DNA of 64,000 nucleotides from Escherichia coli (GTDB lineage Bacteria; Pseudomonadota; Gammaproteobacteria; Enterobacterales; Enterobacteriaceae): NCBI RefSeq assembly GCF_030013595.1, contig NZ_CP122768.1; one strand, 5' to 3'. Shown piece by piece: positions 49,157 to 60,835 of this stretch (position 1 is its first letter; each line of letters starts with the position of its first letter). The notes under the pieces were generated by a model. It saw only the letters and a program-made list of their open reading frames with translations, ran no database searches and was not told where the DNA came from. The position numbers and the translations under genes were made by a program.

Positions 49157-50118
49157 TGCGTAGCGCGCAGGTATACCGCTGGCAGATCCCCATGGACGCG
49201 GGGGTGGTTCTGCGCGACAGGCGGTTAAAAACCCGCGACGGGCTGTATGTTTGCCTGCGTGAGGGCGAGCGCGAAGGGTGGGGGGAGATCTCCCCACTGC
49301 CGGGCTTCAGCCAGGAAACCTGGGAAGAGGCGCAAAGCGTGCTGCTTGCCTGGGTAAATAACTGGCTGGCAGGCGATTGCGAGCTACCGCAGATGCCTTC
49401 CGTCGCCTTTGGCGTAAGCTGTGCATTGGCGGAGCTGGCAGACACGCTCCCGCAGGCAGCCAATTATCGTGCTGCGCCGCTGTGTAATGGCGATCCTGAC
49501 GATCTGATCCTCAAACTTGCCGATATGCCTGGCGAGAAAGTGGCGAAGGTCAAAGTGGGATTGTACGAAGCCGTGCGCGACGGCATGGTGGTCAATCTGT
49601 TGCTGGAGGCAATTCCGGATCTGCATTTGCGTCTTGACGCGAACCGCGCCTGGACGCCGCTGAAAGGCCAGCAGTTTGCCAAATACGTTAACCCGGATTA
49701 TCGCCACCGCATTGCTTTTCTCGAAGAGCCGTGCAAAACCCGCGATGATTCGCGAGCGTTTGCCCGTGAAACCGGCATTGCCATTGCCTGGGATGAAAGC
49801 TTGCGCGAGCCGGATTTTGCCTTTGTCGCTGAACAGGGCGTGCGCGCGGTAGTTATCAAACCCACGCTCACGGGCAGCCTGGAGAAAGTACGTGAGCAGG
49901 TGCAGGCGGCGCACGCGTTGGGGCTGACGGCGGTGATCAGTTCTTCTATTGAGTCGAGCTTAGGCTTAACGCAATTGGCGCGGATTGCCGCCTGGTTAAC
50001 GCCAGACACCATTCCGGGGCTGGACACGCTGGATCTGATGCAGGCGCAGCAGGTTCGTCGCTGGCCGGGTAGCCCGCTACCGTTAGTGGAAGTTGATGCA
50101 CTGGAGCGGCTGTTATGA
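49156..50118 (+). CDS. menC: o-succinylbenzoate synthase (320 aa)
   Basis: ORF 49156..50118; enolase superfamily; start overlaps the menB stop. Confidence 0.93.
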
Positions 50119-51470
50119 TCTTCTCTGACTGGCCGTGGCGTCACTGGCGGCAAGTGCGGGGAGAAGCCATCGCCTTACGTCTTAATGACGAGCAACTTAA
50201 CTGGCGCGAGCTTTGTGCTCGCGTCGATGAATTAGCCTCCGGCTTTGCGGCGCAGGGCGTTGTTGAGGGCAGCGGCGTGATGTTGCGGGCGTGGAATACG
50301 CCGCAAACGCTGCTCGCCTGGCTGGCGTTACTGCAATGCGGGGCGCGGGTGTTGCCCGTGAACCCTCAGCTGCCGCAACCGTTGCTTGAAGAATTGCTGC
50401 CCAATCTGACGCTGCAATTTGCGCTGGTGCCGGATGGGGAAAACACGTTTCCGGCGTTAACGTCGCTGCACATTCAGCTGGTTGAAGGCGCACATGCCGC
50501 TGCGTGGCAGCCGACGCGTCTGTGCTCAATGACGTTAACCTCTGGCTCCACTGGCTTGCCGAAAGCCGCTGTTCATACTTACCAGGCCCATCTTGCCAGC
50601 GCTGAAGGGGTGTTATCGCTAATTCCGTTTAGCGATCACGATGACTGGCTGCTCTCTTTACCGCTGTTTCACGTCTCTGGTCAGGGAATTCTGTGGCGCT
50701 GGTTATACGCTGGTGCGCGGATGACGGTACGCGATAAACAACCGCTGGAGCAAATGCTGGCAGGTTGTACTCACGCATCGTTGGTGCCGACGCAGCTCTG
50801 GCGTTTACTGGTTAACCGCAGTTCCGTTTCCCTGAAAGCGGTGTTACTTGGCGGCGCGGCTATCCCGGTCGAGTTGACGGAACAGGCACGCGAGCAGGGG
50901 ATTCGTTGCTTTTGCGGCTATGGTCTGACCGAGTTCGCTTCCACGGTTTGCGCGAAAGAAGCGGACGGCCTGGCTGACGTCGGTTCGCCGCTGCCGGGGC
51001 GGGAAGTGAAAATCGTTAACGACGAAGTGTGGCTGCGGGCTGCCAGTATGGCAGAAGGTTACTGGCGTAACGGGCAACTGGTGGCACTGGTTAATGACGA
51101 AGGCTGGTACGCTACGCGCGATCGCGGTGAGATACATAATGGCAAGCTGACCATTGTCGGACGTTTAGATAATCTGTTCTTCAGTGGCGGTGAGGGTATT
51201 CAGCCGGAAGAAGTCGAGCGCGTTATTGCTGCACATCCTGCGGTTTTGCAGGTGTTTATCGTCCCCGTTGCCGACAAGGAGTTTGGTCATCGGCCGGTAG
51301 CGGTGGTGGAGTATGACCAGCAAACCGTTGATCTTAGTGAATGGGTGAAAGATAAGCTGGCCCGTTTTCAGCAACCTATACATTGGCTGACGTTGCCGCC
51401 AGAGTTAAAAAACGGCGGCATTAAGATTTCACGTCAGGCGCTAAAAGAGTGGGTGCAACGCCAGGATTAA
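50115..51470 (+). CDS. menE: o-succinylbenzoate-CoA ligase (451 aa)
   Basis: ORF 50115..51470; adenylate-forming enzyme motif [10 protein letters not shown]. Confidence 0.93.
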   Translation: MIFSDWPWRHWRQVRGEAIALRLNDEQLNWRELCARVDELASGFAAQGVVEGSGVMLRAWNTPQTLLAWLALLQCGARVLPVNPQLPQPLLEELLPNLTLQFALVPDGENTFPALTSLHIQLVEGAHAAAWQPTRLCSMTLTSGSTGLPKAAVHTYQAHLASAEGVLSLIPFSDHDDWLLSLPLFHVSGQGILWRWLYAGARMTVRDKQPLEQMLAGCTHASLVPTQLWRLLVNRSSVSLKAVLLGGAAIPVELTEQAREQGIRCFCGYGLTEFASTVCAKEADGLADVGSPLPGREVKIVNDEVWLRAASMAEGYWRNGQLVALVNDEGWYATRDRGEIHNGKLTIVGRLDNLFFSGGEGIQPEEVERVIAAHPAVLQVFIVPVADKEFGHRPVAVVEYDQQTVDLSEWVKDKLARFQQPIHWLTLPPELKNGGIKISRQALKEWVQRQD

Positions 51471-51579
51471 GAAATCATTAGTTTCACTTCGCAATTTTGC
51501 CATTCCATTGCCGTTGATAATAGGTTTATCTGTTAATCTGTAAATTAATGTGAAAATTCTTATCAAACAGGGTGGTGCA

Positions 51580-51846
51580 ATGGAATGGCTGGTTAAAAAG
51601 TCATGCTGTGATAAACAAGATAACAGACATGTACTTAAGCTTTGTGATGCTGGTGGCACGATAAAAATGATCGCCGAAGTGAAGAGTGACTTCGCCGTGA
51701 AAGTGGGGGATTTACTCTCGCCTTTGCAGAATGCGCTTTATTGTATTAATCGTGAAAAGCTGCATACGGTGAAAGTCCTCTCGGCAAGCAGTTATAGCCC
51801 CGATGAGTGGGAACGGCAGTGTAAAGCGGCAGGGAAAACTCAGTAA
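51580..51846 (+). CDS. pmrD: signal-transduction connector protein PmrD (88 aa)
   Basis: ORF 51550..51846 trimmed to the ATG at 51580 ([15 protein letters not shown]...). Confidence 0.9.
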
Positions 51847-52226
51847 CGTTGTTTTGTCGTGGGCAGGAAAATCAGCATCAACCCGCTCATAATACAGGCT
51901 ACTCCCAGTAGTGCTTTCAGCGAAAAAGTCCCTTCCCAGCCGGGAAGTACCATTGAAGCAATCCATACCAGCACATAACTCATACTGAGCAAGGCATAGG
52001 CTTTGCTTAGTGCAAGTTTATGTAGTGTTTTATACCAACAAAAAACGGAAAGCAGATAACCCAGCAGCCCGAGTAACAGTATCCGGGCATCCAGGCCAAA
52101 AGCTAACAGCGCCGCGATAAAATCCCATAAGTGCGTCATCGGCGGCAGATGACTCGCCGCAAAACCCAGGCTTAATTGCGCAGCGGAGGCGATAATGACG
52201 CTGAATAATCCCCACATCAGGCCCAT
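51840..52226 (-). CDS. arnF: undecaprenyl-phosphate-L-Ara4N flippase subunit ArnF (128 aa)
   Basis: ORF 51840..52508 trimmed to [10 protein letters not shown]...; small four-helix membrane protein; last gene of the arn operon. Confidence 0.88.
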
Positions 52227-52561
52227 TACACGGTACTCCCGAGGATCACAATGCCACCAATAATGAACGCCACCCCACACCAGTGACGCGGCGATACCGG
52301 TTCGTGCCACAGTTTTACTGCAGCCAGCGTCACCCAGACAAAATTCAGACTTAACATCGGGTAGGCAATGCCTACCGGTACGTTCTGCAAGACCAGCAGC
52401 CAGAGCACCATGGCAAGACCAAGACAAGCCAGCGCCAGTCCCAGCCACAGCACGATATGTTTGCGCCGTTTGTTTATCGCCACAAAGCAGGTTGCCTGTT
52501 TCTGACACAACTGCCCGGCAACGCTAAGCAAGCTGGCAAAGACTAATGTTAGCCAGATCAT
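52226..52561 (-). CDS. arnE: undecaprenyl-phosphate-L-Ara4N flippase subunit ArnE (111 aa)
   Basis: ORF 52226..52561. Confidence 0.9.
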
Positions 52562-54210
52562 TTGGGACGATACTGAATCAGCACCAGACGCTCCTGACGA
52601 TCGATGGCATCTGCGGGCGGAATGGCGAGACTGTTGATATCTTCATCGCGGTCAACCGAAAGCACGAGTGTAATAATCCCCTCCTGACGATGTTGATTAA
52701 GCCAGTTTGCGAACTCATCACCGCTGACAAATCTCCCTTTCGCATCCGGATAATTAAGGCCGTATTTCAACTCACCTGTCTGGCGATACATGATGATGTC
52801 ATCGCGTTGCAGGCTCCATGCCAGACCTGCGGCAACACCGACGCTATCAGTGAGAATATAGCGGCTTGGCTGAAGTGATTCTTGTGTCATCTCGACAAAA
52901 AATTGCGGATGTTTTCCTTCCATGACTCTGTCAGGAATTGAAAATCCTACCAGCAACGCCAGCCCCAGCGGGCAAAGCGCGGCAAAAGACCAGGTCTTTT
53001 CGACGTTTGTTAAGGTGTACCAGCCGAAAAATGCCCATAGCGAAAAAATCGACCAGGCACAAAAGACTTTATAGCTCTCGAAGGTTTGCCACACCGGCGT
53101 GCTCATAGGTCCCCAGGGGGAGACCACAAACGTAGCAATAATGCCAGTGACGCCAAAAGCGATGTTAATCCAGCCATTAATCCGCAACGCCAGAGGATTA
53201 TTTTTTGCTGCCAGCAAAGCGTAATGCGCCATCAGCATTGCCAGAGGTGCAAAGCAGGAAAGAATATAGGTAGGCAATTTGCCTTTGGCGACGGAGAAAA
53301 ACAGCAGCGGCATTATCGTCCAGCTCAACAAATAGACGGTTGCGGAATGCTTGCGGTTTTTCCAGCCTGTGTACAGTGCTCCGGGGAGTAATCCCAGCCA
53401 CGGCAGGCTACCGGCAATGATGACCGGCAAGTAGTACCAGAACGGAGCTCTATGTTGGGCATCATCCAGTGCAAAGCGTTGAATATGCTCAACCCAGAAA
53501 AAATAGTGCCAGAAGTCAGGCTCCCGCTGCGCTATCGCCAGTCCCCAGGGGAGAACCGTCAGTACGCAACTGATGACCGCCAGCCAGCCGTAAATAAAGA
53601 GATCTTTCCAGCGTTTTTGCGTCGCCACCCATGGCAGCACGCTTAATACCGGCACGGCAAGGGCGAGAAAACCTTTGGTCATCACCCCCATGCCGCAGGT
53701 GATTCCCAGCAGTAAAAATCCGGCGCTTTTGCCTTTCCACGTCTGTGCCTGCATTGCCAGCCAGAAGCTGCACATTCCCGCCACCAGCCAGAATGCAATA
53801 AACGGATCGAGCACGGCATAAGTGCCGATGGCATAGACAATGAACAATGAGAGGTAAATCACTGCGGCGAGTAATGCCAGACGTTTATCGCGCCATAAGC
53901 GCAGAGTAAACCAGGTCACCAGCGCGGCAGTTAACAGGGTCGCAAAGATAACGCCTGCCCGCACACCAAAGTTATTCGCGCCAAATAGCCATTGCCCAAT
54001 GCTGTTAATCCAGTATCCGGCAATGGGTTTTTCGAAATAACGTAGCCCTAACAAATGGGGCACAATCCAGTCGCCGGATGCCAGCATTTCTCGACTGATT
54101 TCCGCATAACGCGTTTCATCGGGTTGCCATAGCAGACGCGTGCTGATCGGTAACAGGTAATAGCAGGCAATAAACGCGAAGAGGCCGATAAGGTAACGTA
54201 CCGATTTCAT
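52558..54210 (-). CDS. arnT: undecaprenyl-phosphate-alpha-L-Ara4N:lipid A arabinosyltransferase (550 aa)
   Basis: ORF 52558..54210; polytopic glycosyltransferase. Confidence 0.95.
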
Positions 54211-55100
54211 CAGCGACTACCCGCAATTTGTTGGCAACCCAGCCAGCCTTCACGTCCGGCAATATTTCCGCGAACAACTTGTCCGAGCGGCAACGTCCCT
54301 GATAACAGTTCGCTTAAAGGGCAAAATGTCACGCCTTCCTGGGCTGCGCGTTTCAGGAGATCCACAAAATTATGCTGATAAGCGCAGCCTTCAACTTCTG
54401 CATGAATGGTATAAACCGGCGTGCCTTTATCTCGCAGGATGCGGTTGAGTAACCAACCGTTAAAATCTTCTGCTTTCACATCCCGACCAATCACTTCATC
54501 CCAGGTGGGTAAGGTCACCGGAATTTGCGCAGTGCCAGGGTTTCCTGATTCGAGCAGTGGCCGAAACGGCATGGCCCCACGACAATCGCTGTTGTAGCGC
54601 AAATGGAACGCTTCTTTTGCTTCGATCACCTGCTGGTCGGCACGCCAGCCCGCAGCGGCAGAACAGGTTACCGGTTGACCGATAATCTCTTCCAGAGTGC
54701 GAAGGCCGCGTGCAATATCGTCGACCAATGTTTGCCGATCCCAGTTACCGCTATGGGCTTGCCAGGCATGGTGATCCCAGGCGTGCAGGCCGACTTCGTG
54801 ATGTTTAGCTGCTTCACGAATGATATCGGCATTGGCATGACCAATCTCTTTACCCGGCCAGGCCGTACCTGCCAGTAAAATATCCCAGCCATAAAGCGAT
54901 GCCGCGTTTGAGCGCAGCATCTTCCACAAAAACTGTGGCTTCACCAGTCGCCAGAGATGGCGGCCCATATTGTCCGGGCCGACGCTGAAAAAAATGCTGG
55001 CCTGAATATTATGCTTACTCAAGATTTCCAGCAGACGCGGCACGCCTTCACGGGTGCCACGAAAGGTATCGACATCAATGCGTAAGCCTACTTTTGTCAT
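54210..55100 (-). CDS. arnD: 4-deoxy-4-formamido-L-arabinose-phosphoundecaprenol deformylase (296 aa)
   Basis: ORF 54210..55100. Confidence 0.93.
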   Translation of the reverse strand: MTKVGLRIDVDTFRGTREGVPRLLEILSKHNIQASIFFSVGPDNMGRHLWRLVKPQFLWKMLRSNAASLYGWDILLAGTAWPGKEIGHANADIIREAAKHHEVGLHAWDHHAWQAHSGNWDRQTLVDDIARGLRTLEEIIGQPVTCSAAAGWRADQQVIEAKEAFHLRYNSDCRGAMPFRPLLESGNPGTAQIPVTLPTWDEVIGRDVKAEDFNGWLLNRILRDKGTPVYTIHAEVEGCAYQHNFVDLLKRAAQEGVTFCPLSELLSGTLPLGQVVRGNIAGREGWLGCQQIAGSR

Positions 55101-57078
55101 GATGGTTTATCCGTAAGCTCGACGGTGCGCAAGAAGAAATCCAGCGTTTCGTCGATGGTTTCCTGCATATCAATTTTCGGCTCCCAGTCCAGGCAGCGGC
55201 GGGCATTGCGGATGCTTGGTTTACGATGCTCTACGTCCTGATATCCTTTGCCGTAGTAGCTGCTACTTTCGACAACGCGAAAGCCCGCAAACGGTGGGAA
55301 GTGATGGCGCAGCGGATGTTTTTCGAAGCTCGCCAGCAGCATCTCGCCCAGTTCCTCAATGCTCGCTTCGTTATCAGGATTGCCAATGTTGATAATTTCG
55401 CCGTCGCAGCGATTTCCCGCATTTTCGATAATGCGGTATAACGCCTCGATACCATCGCGAATATCAGTAAAGCAGCGTTTTTGTTTTCCGCCATCAATCA
55501 GCTTAATCGGTGAACCCTCTACCAGATTGAGAATGAGTTGCGTAATAGCGCGGGAGCTGCCGATTCGTGCCGCATTAAGGTTATCCAGTCGTGGTCCCAT
55601 CCAGTTAAACGGGCGGAAGAGGGTGAACTGTAAACCCTCTTTTTCGCCATAGGCCCAGATCACCCGATCAAGTAATTGTTTTGACACCGAATAAATCCAG
55701 CGTGGTTTATTCACCGGGCCGACGGTTAAATTAGAATGGTCCTCATCGAAGTATTTATCGCTACACATCCCATAAACTTCTGAAGTTGACGGGAAGATGA
55801 TTCGCTTACGGTACTTCACGCAGTAGCGGATAATGCGCAGATTCTCTTCAAAATCGAGTTCAAATACGCGCAACGGGTTGCGGGTATATTCAATCGGCGT
55901 GGCTATCGCCACCAGCGGCAAGACGACATCACATTTTTTGACGTGATACTCAATCCATTCGGAATGAATACTTATATCGCCTTCGACAAAGTGAAAATGC
56001 GGATGATTCAGAAAACGGCTTATCGCATCGCTGCCGATATCCAGACCGTAAACTTCATAATGATCTTCGCGCAGCAGGCGTTCTGTCAGATGGTTGCCAA
56101 TAAAGCCATTCACCCCGAGGATGAGTACCCGGGTACGGCGTCGGGCGGTGCAGGCAGGCTGGCTATTCAAGCGTGAACCTTGCACCAGGCCCAGCGTCTG
56201 CGCTAATTGCGAGCCCTGCATAGTAATGCCGTCGCCCGCCTGTCCGGTGACGATTTCCAGCGCGCCATCGCCACAGGCAATCAGCAGTGGCGCTACAGAA
56301 ATCACGCTCCCCGGCTGTGCTTTGCTGGCATGAGGATGAACACGCGACGACCAGACGGTAAATTTCTGATTACCAACATAGCTGAAGGCACCCGGCCACG
56401 GATCGGCAACGGCACGCACCATGTTGTGCAGCACGGATGCCGGTTTATGCCATTCGAGGAAACTGTCATTCGGCGTTCTGCGACCAAAACAGGTGGCTTC
56501 GTTTTCGCGCTGGGCGATTTCCAGAATATTACCGTGTTTAATGGCGGGTAATGTCTGCTCCAGTAGCTGGCGCGCGGCATGGCACAATTTATGATGCAGC
56601 GTAATGGCGATATCGTCTGGCGCAATGGCAATGCGCAGTTGCGCCACAATGGCCCCGGCATCGGCACGTTTCACCATTCGGTGCAATGTAACGCCAGTTT
56701 CCGTTTCACCGTTCACCAGCACCCAGTTCAGCGGCGCACGACCACGATATTTTGGTAACAGCGAACCGTGCAGATTAAATGCACCTGCGGGAGCGAGCTG
56801 CAAAATCTCGTCGCAAATAAGATGGCGATAATAAAAAGAGAAAATCACCTCTGGTGAGAGTTGGGCAATACGTTCCACCCACAGCGGATGATTAACGTTA
56901 TCCGGCGCATAAACCGGAATGCCTCTTTCCGCCGCCAGACGAGCCACCGAACCATAAAAGGCTTTTTCACCGGGATTATCGGTATGGGTAAAAATGGCGC
57001 TAATTTCGTAACCGGCAGACAGCAGGGCTTCAATACCGAGGCATCCCATATCGTGGTAGGCAAAAACGACGGTTTTCA

Positions 57079-57079
<1 letters not shown>
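55097..57079 (-). CDS. arnA: bifunctional UDP-glucuronate decarboxylase / UDP-Ara4N formyltransferase (660 aa)
   Basis: ORF 55097..57079; N-terminal formyltransferase and C-terminal NAD-dependent decarboxylase domains. Confidence 0.96.
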
Positions 57080-58050
<971 letters not shown>

Positions 58051-59190
58051 TTATTGTCCTGCGAGTTGCTGAAGGGCTGTGATGACGCGGTCGGCATCGG
58101 CGGTAGTCATATCCGGGAACAGCGGCAACGAACAGATGCGTTCGCTATTCCATTCGGTATTCGGTAACGACAGCGTGGGAAAACGCTCGCGATAATATTT
58201 TTGTGTGTGAGCGGCGCGGAAATGTAACCCAGTACCAATACCTCTTTCTTTTAACGCTTCCATCAACGCATCGCGACTGATACCACAACGTTGTTCATCG
58301 ACACGAATAATAAACAGATGCCAGGCGTGAACGTGCGGCCAGGCGGGAAGGCTTAATGGCTGAAAAGGGAGAGCTGCCAGTGCTTGTTGATATTGCAGAG
58401 CAATTTCGCGCCGACGGGTGTTGAGGTGCTCTAATTTGGCTAACTGGGTCAGGGCAATCGCGGCGTTAATATCGGTCAGATTATACTTATAGCCCGGCGT
58501 TAAGACTTCAGCTTGCGGTGCACGGCCCCAGGTTTGTCTGTCATAGGCATCGACACCCAGACCGTGAAATTTTAGCATCCGTAGCTGGCGGGCAAGGTTT
58601 TCATTATCTGTAACAATCAGGCCACCTTCCGCACAGGTAATATTTTTGATGGCGTGAAACGAAAAAATAGCGGTACCTTTTGCGCCAATATGTCGGCCTT
58701 TGTAATACGTACCGACGGCATGGGCAGCATCTTCGATAACTGCGATGCCGTAACGTTCGCCAATGGCGCGAATGGCGTCAATATCTGCTGGCGCACCGGC
58801 ATAATGCACCGGAATGATGGCTTTAGTGCGTGGCGTAATGGCTGACTCGATCGCTTCAGGCGTGACCATCAGCGTATCGTGGTCGACATCCACCATTACC
58901 GGCGTTGCACCCAACAAGGAAATCATATTGAGGGTTGAAACCCAGGTCAGGGAAGGCGTAATCACTTCATCGCCCTTGCCAATTTCCAACGCCATTAGCG
59001 TGATATGCATTCCGGCGGTGGCTGAACTGACCGCGATGGCATGCTGATTTCCCGTCAACTGGCAAAAGGCTTGTTCAAGCGCCTGATTCTTCGGACCGGT
59101 TGTGATCCAACCGGATTCGAGAACCTCTTTAACTGCAGCGAGTTCCTCCACGCCCATTGCTGGTCGCGAAAAAGGCAAAAATTCTGACAT
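58051..59190 (-). CDS. arnB: UDP-4-amino-4-deoxy-L-arabinose-oxoglutarate aminotransferase (379 aa from [10 protein letters not shown])
   Basis: ORF 58051..59250 trimmed to the native ATG at 59188-59190; the 20-codon upstream extension lies inside IS10. Confidence 0.93.
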   Translation of the reverse strand: MSEFLPFSRPAMGVEELAAVKEVLESGWITTGPKNQALEQAFCQLTGNQHAIAVSSATAGMHITLMALEIGKGDEVITPSLTWVSTLNMISLLGATPVMVDVDHDTLMVTPEAIESAITPRTKAIIPVHYAGAPADIDAIRAIGERYGIAVIEDAAHAVGTYYKGRHIGAKGTAIFSFHAIKNITCAEGGLIVTDNENLARQLRMLKFHGLGVDAYDRQTWGRAPQAEVLTPGYKYNLTDINAAIALTQLAKLEHLNTRRREIALQYQQALAALPFQPLSLPAWPHVHAWHLFIIRVDEQRCGISRDALMEALKERGIGTGLHFRAAHTQKYYRERFPTLSLPNTEWNSERICSLPLFPDMTTADADRVITALQQLAGQ

Positions 59191-59194
59191 TGCT
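59186..59194. repeat. 9-bp target-site duplication, left copy (GACATTGCT); contains the arnB start codon on the minus strand
   Basis: Identical 9-mer immediately flanking both IS10 ends. Confidence 0.95.
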
Positions 59195-59217
59195 CTGATG
59201 AATCCCCTAATGATTTT
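59195..59217. repeat. IS10 outside-end terminal inverted repeat
   Basis: CTGATGAATCCCCTAATGATTTT; imperfect inverse match to the inside end. Confidence 0.9.
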
Positions 59218-59240
59218 GGTAAAAATCATTAAGTTAAGGT

Positions 59241-59309
59241 GGATACACATCTTGTCATATGATCAAATGGTTTCGCGAAAAATCAATAATCAGACAACAA
59301 GATGTGCGA
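59241..59309 (-). ncRNA. IS10 RNA-OUT antisense RNA (about 69 nt, from pOUT), coordinates inferred from the canonical IS10 map
   Basis: In canonical IS10, RNA-OUT starts at element bp 115 and runs toward the outside end, overlapping the 5' end of the transposase mRNA; positions mapped onto the element at 59195. Confidence 0.5.
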
Positions 59310-60510
59310 ACTCGATATTTTACACGACTCTCTTTACCAATTCTGCCCCGAATTACACTTAAAACGACTCAACAGCTTAACGTTGGCTTGCCACGCATTA
59401 CTTGACTGTAAAACTCTCACTCTTACCGAACTTGGCCGTAACCTGCCAACCAAAGCGAGAACAAAACATAACATCAAACGAATCGACCGATTGTTAGGTA
59501 ATCGTCACCTCCACAAAGAGCGACTCGCTGTATACCGTTGGCATGCTAGCTTTATCTGTTCGGGCAATACGATGCCCATTGTACTTGTTGACTGGTCTGA
59601 TATTCGTGAGCAAAAACGACTTATGGTATTGCGAGCTTCAGTCGCACTACACGGTCGTTCTGTTACTCTTTATGAGAAAGCGTTCCCGCTTTCAGAGCAA
59701 TGTTCAAAGAAAGCTCATGACCAATTTCTAGCCGACCTTGCGAGCATTCTACCGAGTAACACCACACCGCTCATTGTCAGTGATGCTGGCTTTAAAGTGC
59801 CATGGTATAAATCCGTTGAGAAGCTGGGTTGGTACTGGTTAAGTCGAGTAAGAGGAAAAGTACAATATGCAGACCTAGGAGCGGAAAACTGGAAACCTAT
59901 CAGCAACTTACATGATATGTCATCTAGTCACTCAAAGACTTTAGGCTATAAGAGGCTGACTAAAAGCAATCCAATCTCATGCCAAATTCTATTGTATAAA
60001 TCTCGCTCTAAAGGCCGAAAAAATCAGCGCTCGACACGGACTCATTGTCACCACCCGTCACCTAAAATCTACTCAGCGTCGGCAAAGGAGCCATGGGTTC
60101 TAGCAACTAACTTACCTGTTGAAATTCGAACACCCAAACAACTTGTTAATATCTATTCGAAGCGAATGCAGATTGAAGAAACCTTCCGAGACTTGAAAAG
60201 TCCTGCCTACGGACTAGGCCTACGCCATAGCCGAACGAGCAGCTCAGAGCGTTTTGATATCATGCTGCTAATCGCCCTGATGCTTCAACTAACATGTTGG
60301 CTTGCGGGCGTTCATGCTCAGAAACAAGGTTGGGACAAGCACTTCCAGGCTAACACAGTCAGAAATCGAAACGTACTCTCAACAGTTCGCTTAGGCATGG
60401 AAGTTTTGCGGCATTCTGGCTACACAATAACAAGGGAAGACTTACTCGTGGCTGCAACCCTACTAGCTCAAAATTTATTCACACATGGTTACGCTTTGGG
60501 GAAATTATGA
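59302..60510 (+). CDS. IS10 transposase (402 aa)
   Basis: ORF 59302..60510; MCELDILHDSLYQFCPELHLKRLNSL... recognised as the Tn10/IS10 transposase; ATG at element bp 108. Confidence 0.97.
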   Translation: MCELDILHDSLYQFCPELHLKRLNSLTLACHALLDCKTLTLTELGRNLPTKARTKHNIKRIDRLLGNRHLHKERLAVYRWHASFICSGNTMPIVLVDWSDIREQKRLMVLRASVALHGRSVTLYEKAFPLSEQCSKKAHDQFLADLASILPSNTTPLIVSDAGFKVPWYKSVEKLGWYWLSRVRGKVQYADLGAENWKPISNLHDMSSSHSKTLGYKRLTKSNPISCQILLYKSRSKGRKNQRSTRTHCHHPSPKIYSASAKEPWVLATNLPVEIRTPKQLVNIYSKRMQIEETFRDLKSPAYGLGLRHSRTSSSERFDIMLLIALMLQLTCWLAGVHAQKQGWDKHFQANTVRNRNVLSTVRLGMEVLRHSGYTITREDLLVAATLLAQNLFTHGYALGKL

Positions 60511-60523
60511 GGGGATCTCTCAG
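60501..60523. repeat. IS10 inside-end terminal inverted repeat
   Basis: Reverse complement reads CTGAGAGATCCCCTCATAATTTC. Confidence 0.9.
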
Positions 60524-60532
60524 GACATTGCT
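60524..60532. repeat. 9-bp target-site duplication, right copy (GACATTGCT)
   Basis: Identical 9-mer immediately flanking both IS10 ends. Confidence 0.95.
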
Positions 60533-60626
60533 TTTCCTTCCGCCATTGAATACCTGTCCACTTATATTTGCTATAAAGAGTGTTGTGTATATTTTGCCAT
60601 TTGGAGCAAAATTTTAAGGATAGAAT

Positions 60627-60643
60627 ATTAACTTAACCTTAAG
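60627..60643 (-). promoter_or_regulatory. PmrA (BasR) box-like direct repeat CTTAAG-N5-GTTAAT on the minus strand; native arnB promoter element, now on the far side of IS10
   Basis: Plus strand reads ATTAACTTAACCTTAAG; the reverse complement matches the YTTAAK-N5-YTTAAK PmrA consensus; lies about 100 bp upstream of the pre-insertion arnB ATG. Confidence 0.55.
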
Positions 60644-60835
60644 AAACTAATATTAGACGTAAATATTGAAATTTTTATATTTTTTCTTATTTAGGCTTTG
60701 CATTTGGCAAAATTTTGAGGCATTTTGCCGGCATCGCAGGATTTTTAATATTACACCAACTGCTAATTATCGCCAGAAATGTCGCTCAATTTCACGGTAA
60801 TTGTCTGGTTGCGCTTGTCTATAGGTGGAGTTTAC

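Larger units (their letters stand above)
59195..60523 (+). mobile_element. IS10 insertion sequence (1329 bp, IS4 family), outside end adjacent to arnB
   Basis: Outside end CTGATGAATCCCCTAATGATTTTGGTAAAAATCATTAAG at 59195; inside end ...GGGGAAATTATGAGGGGATCTCTCAG ending at 60523; 402-aa transposase; flanked by a 9-bp direct repeat. Confidence 0.97.

Noticed and set aside
52227-52508. Extended 222-aa version of arnF overlapping arnE
   Set aside because: The upstream part overlaps arnE out of frame; the internal start at 52226 gives the expected 128-aa ArnF with a 1-bp stop/start overlap.
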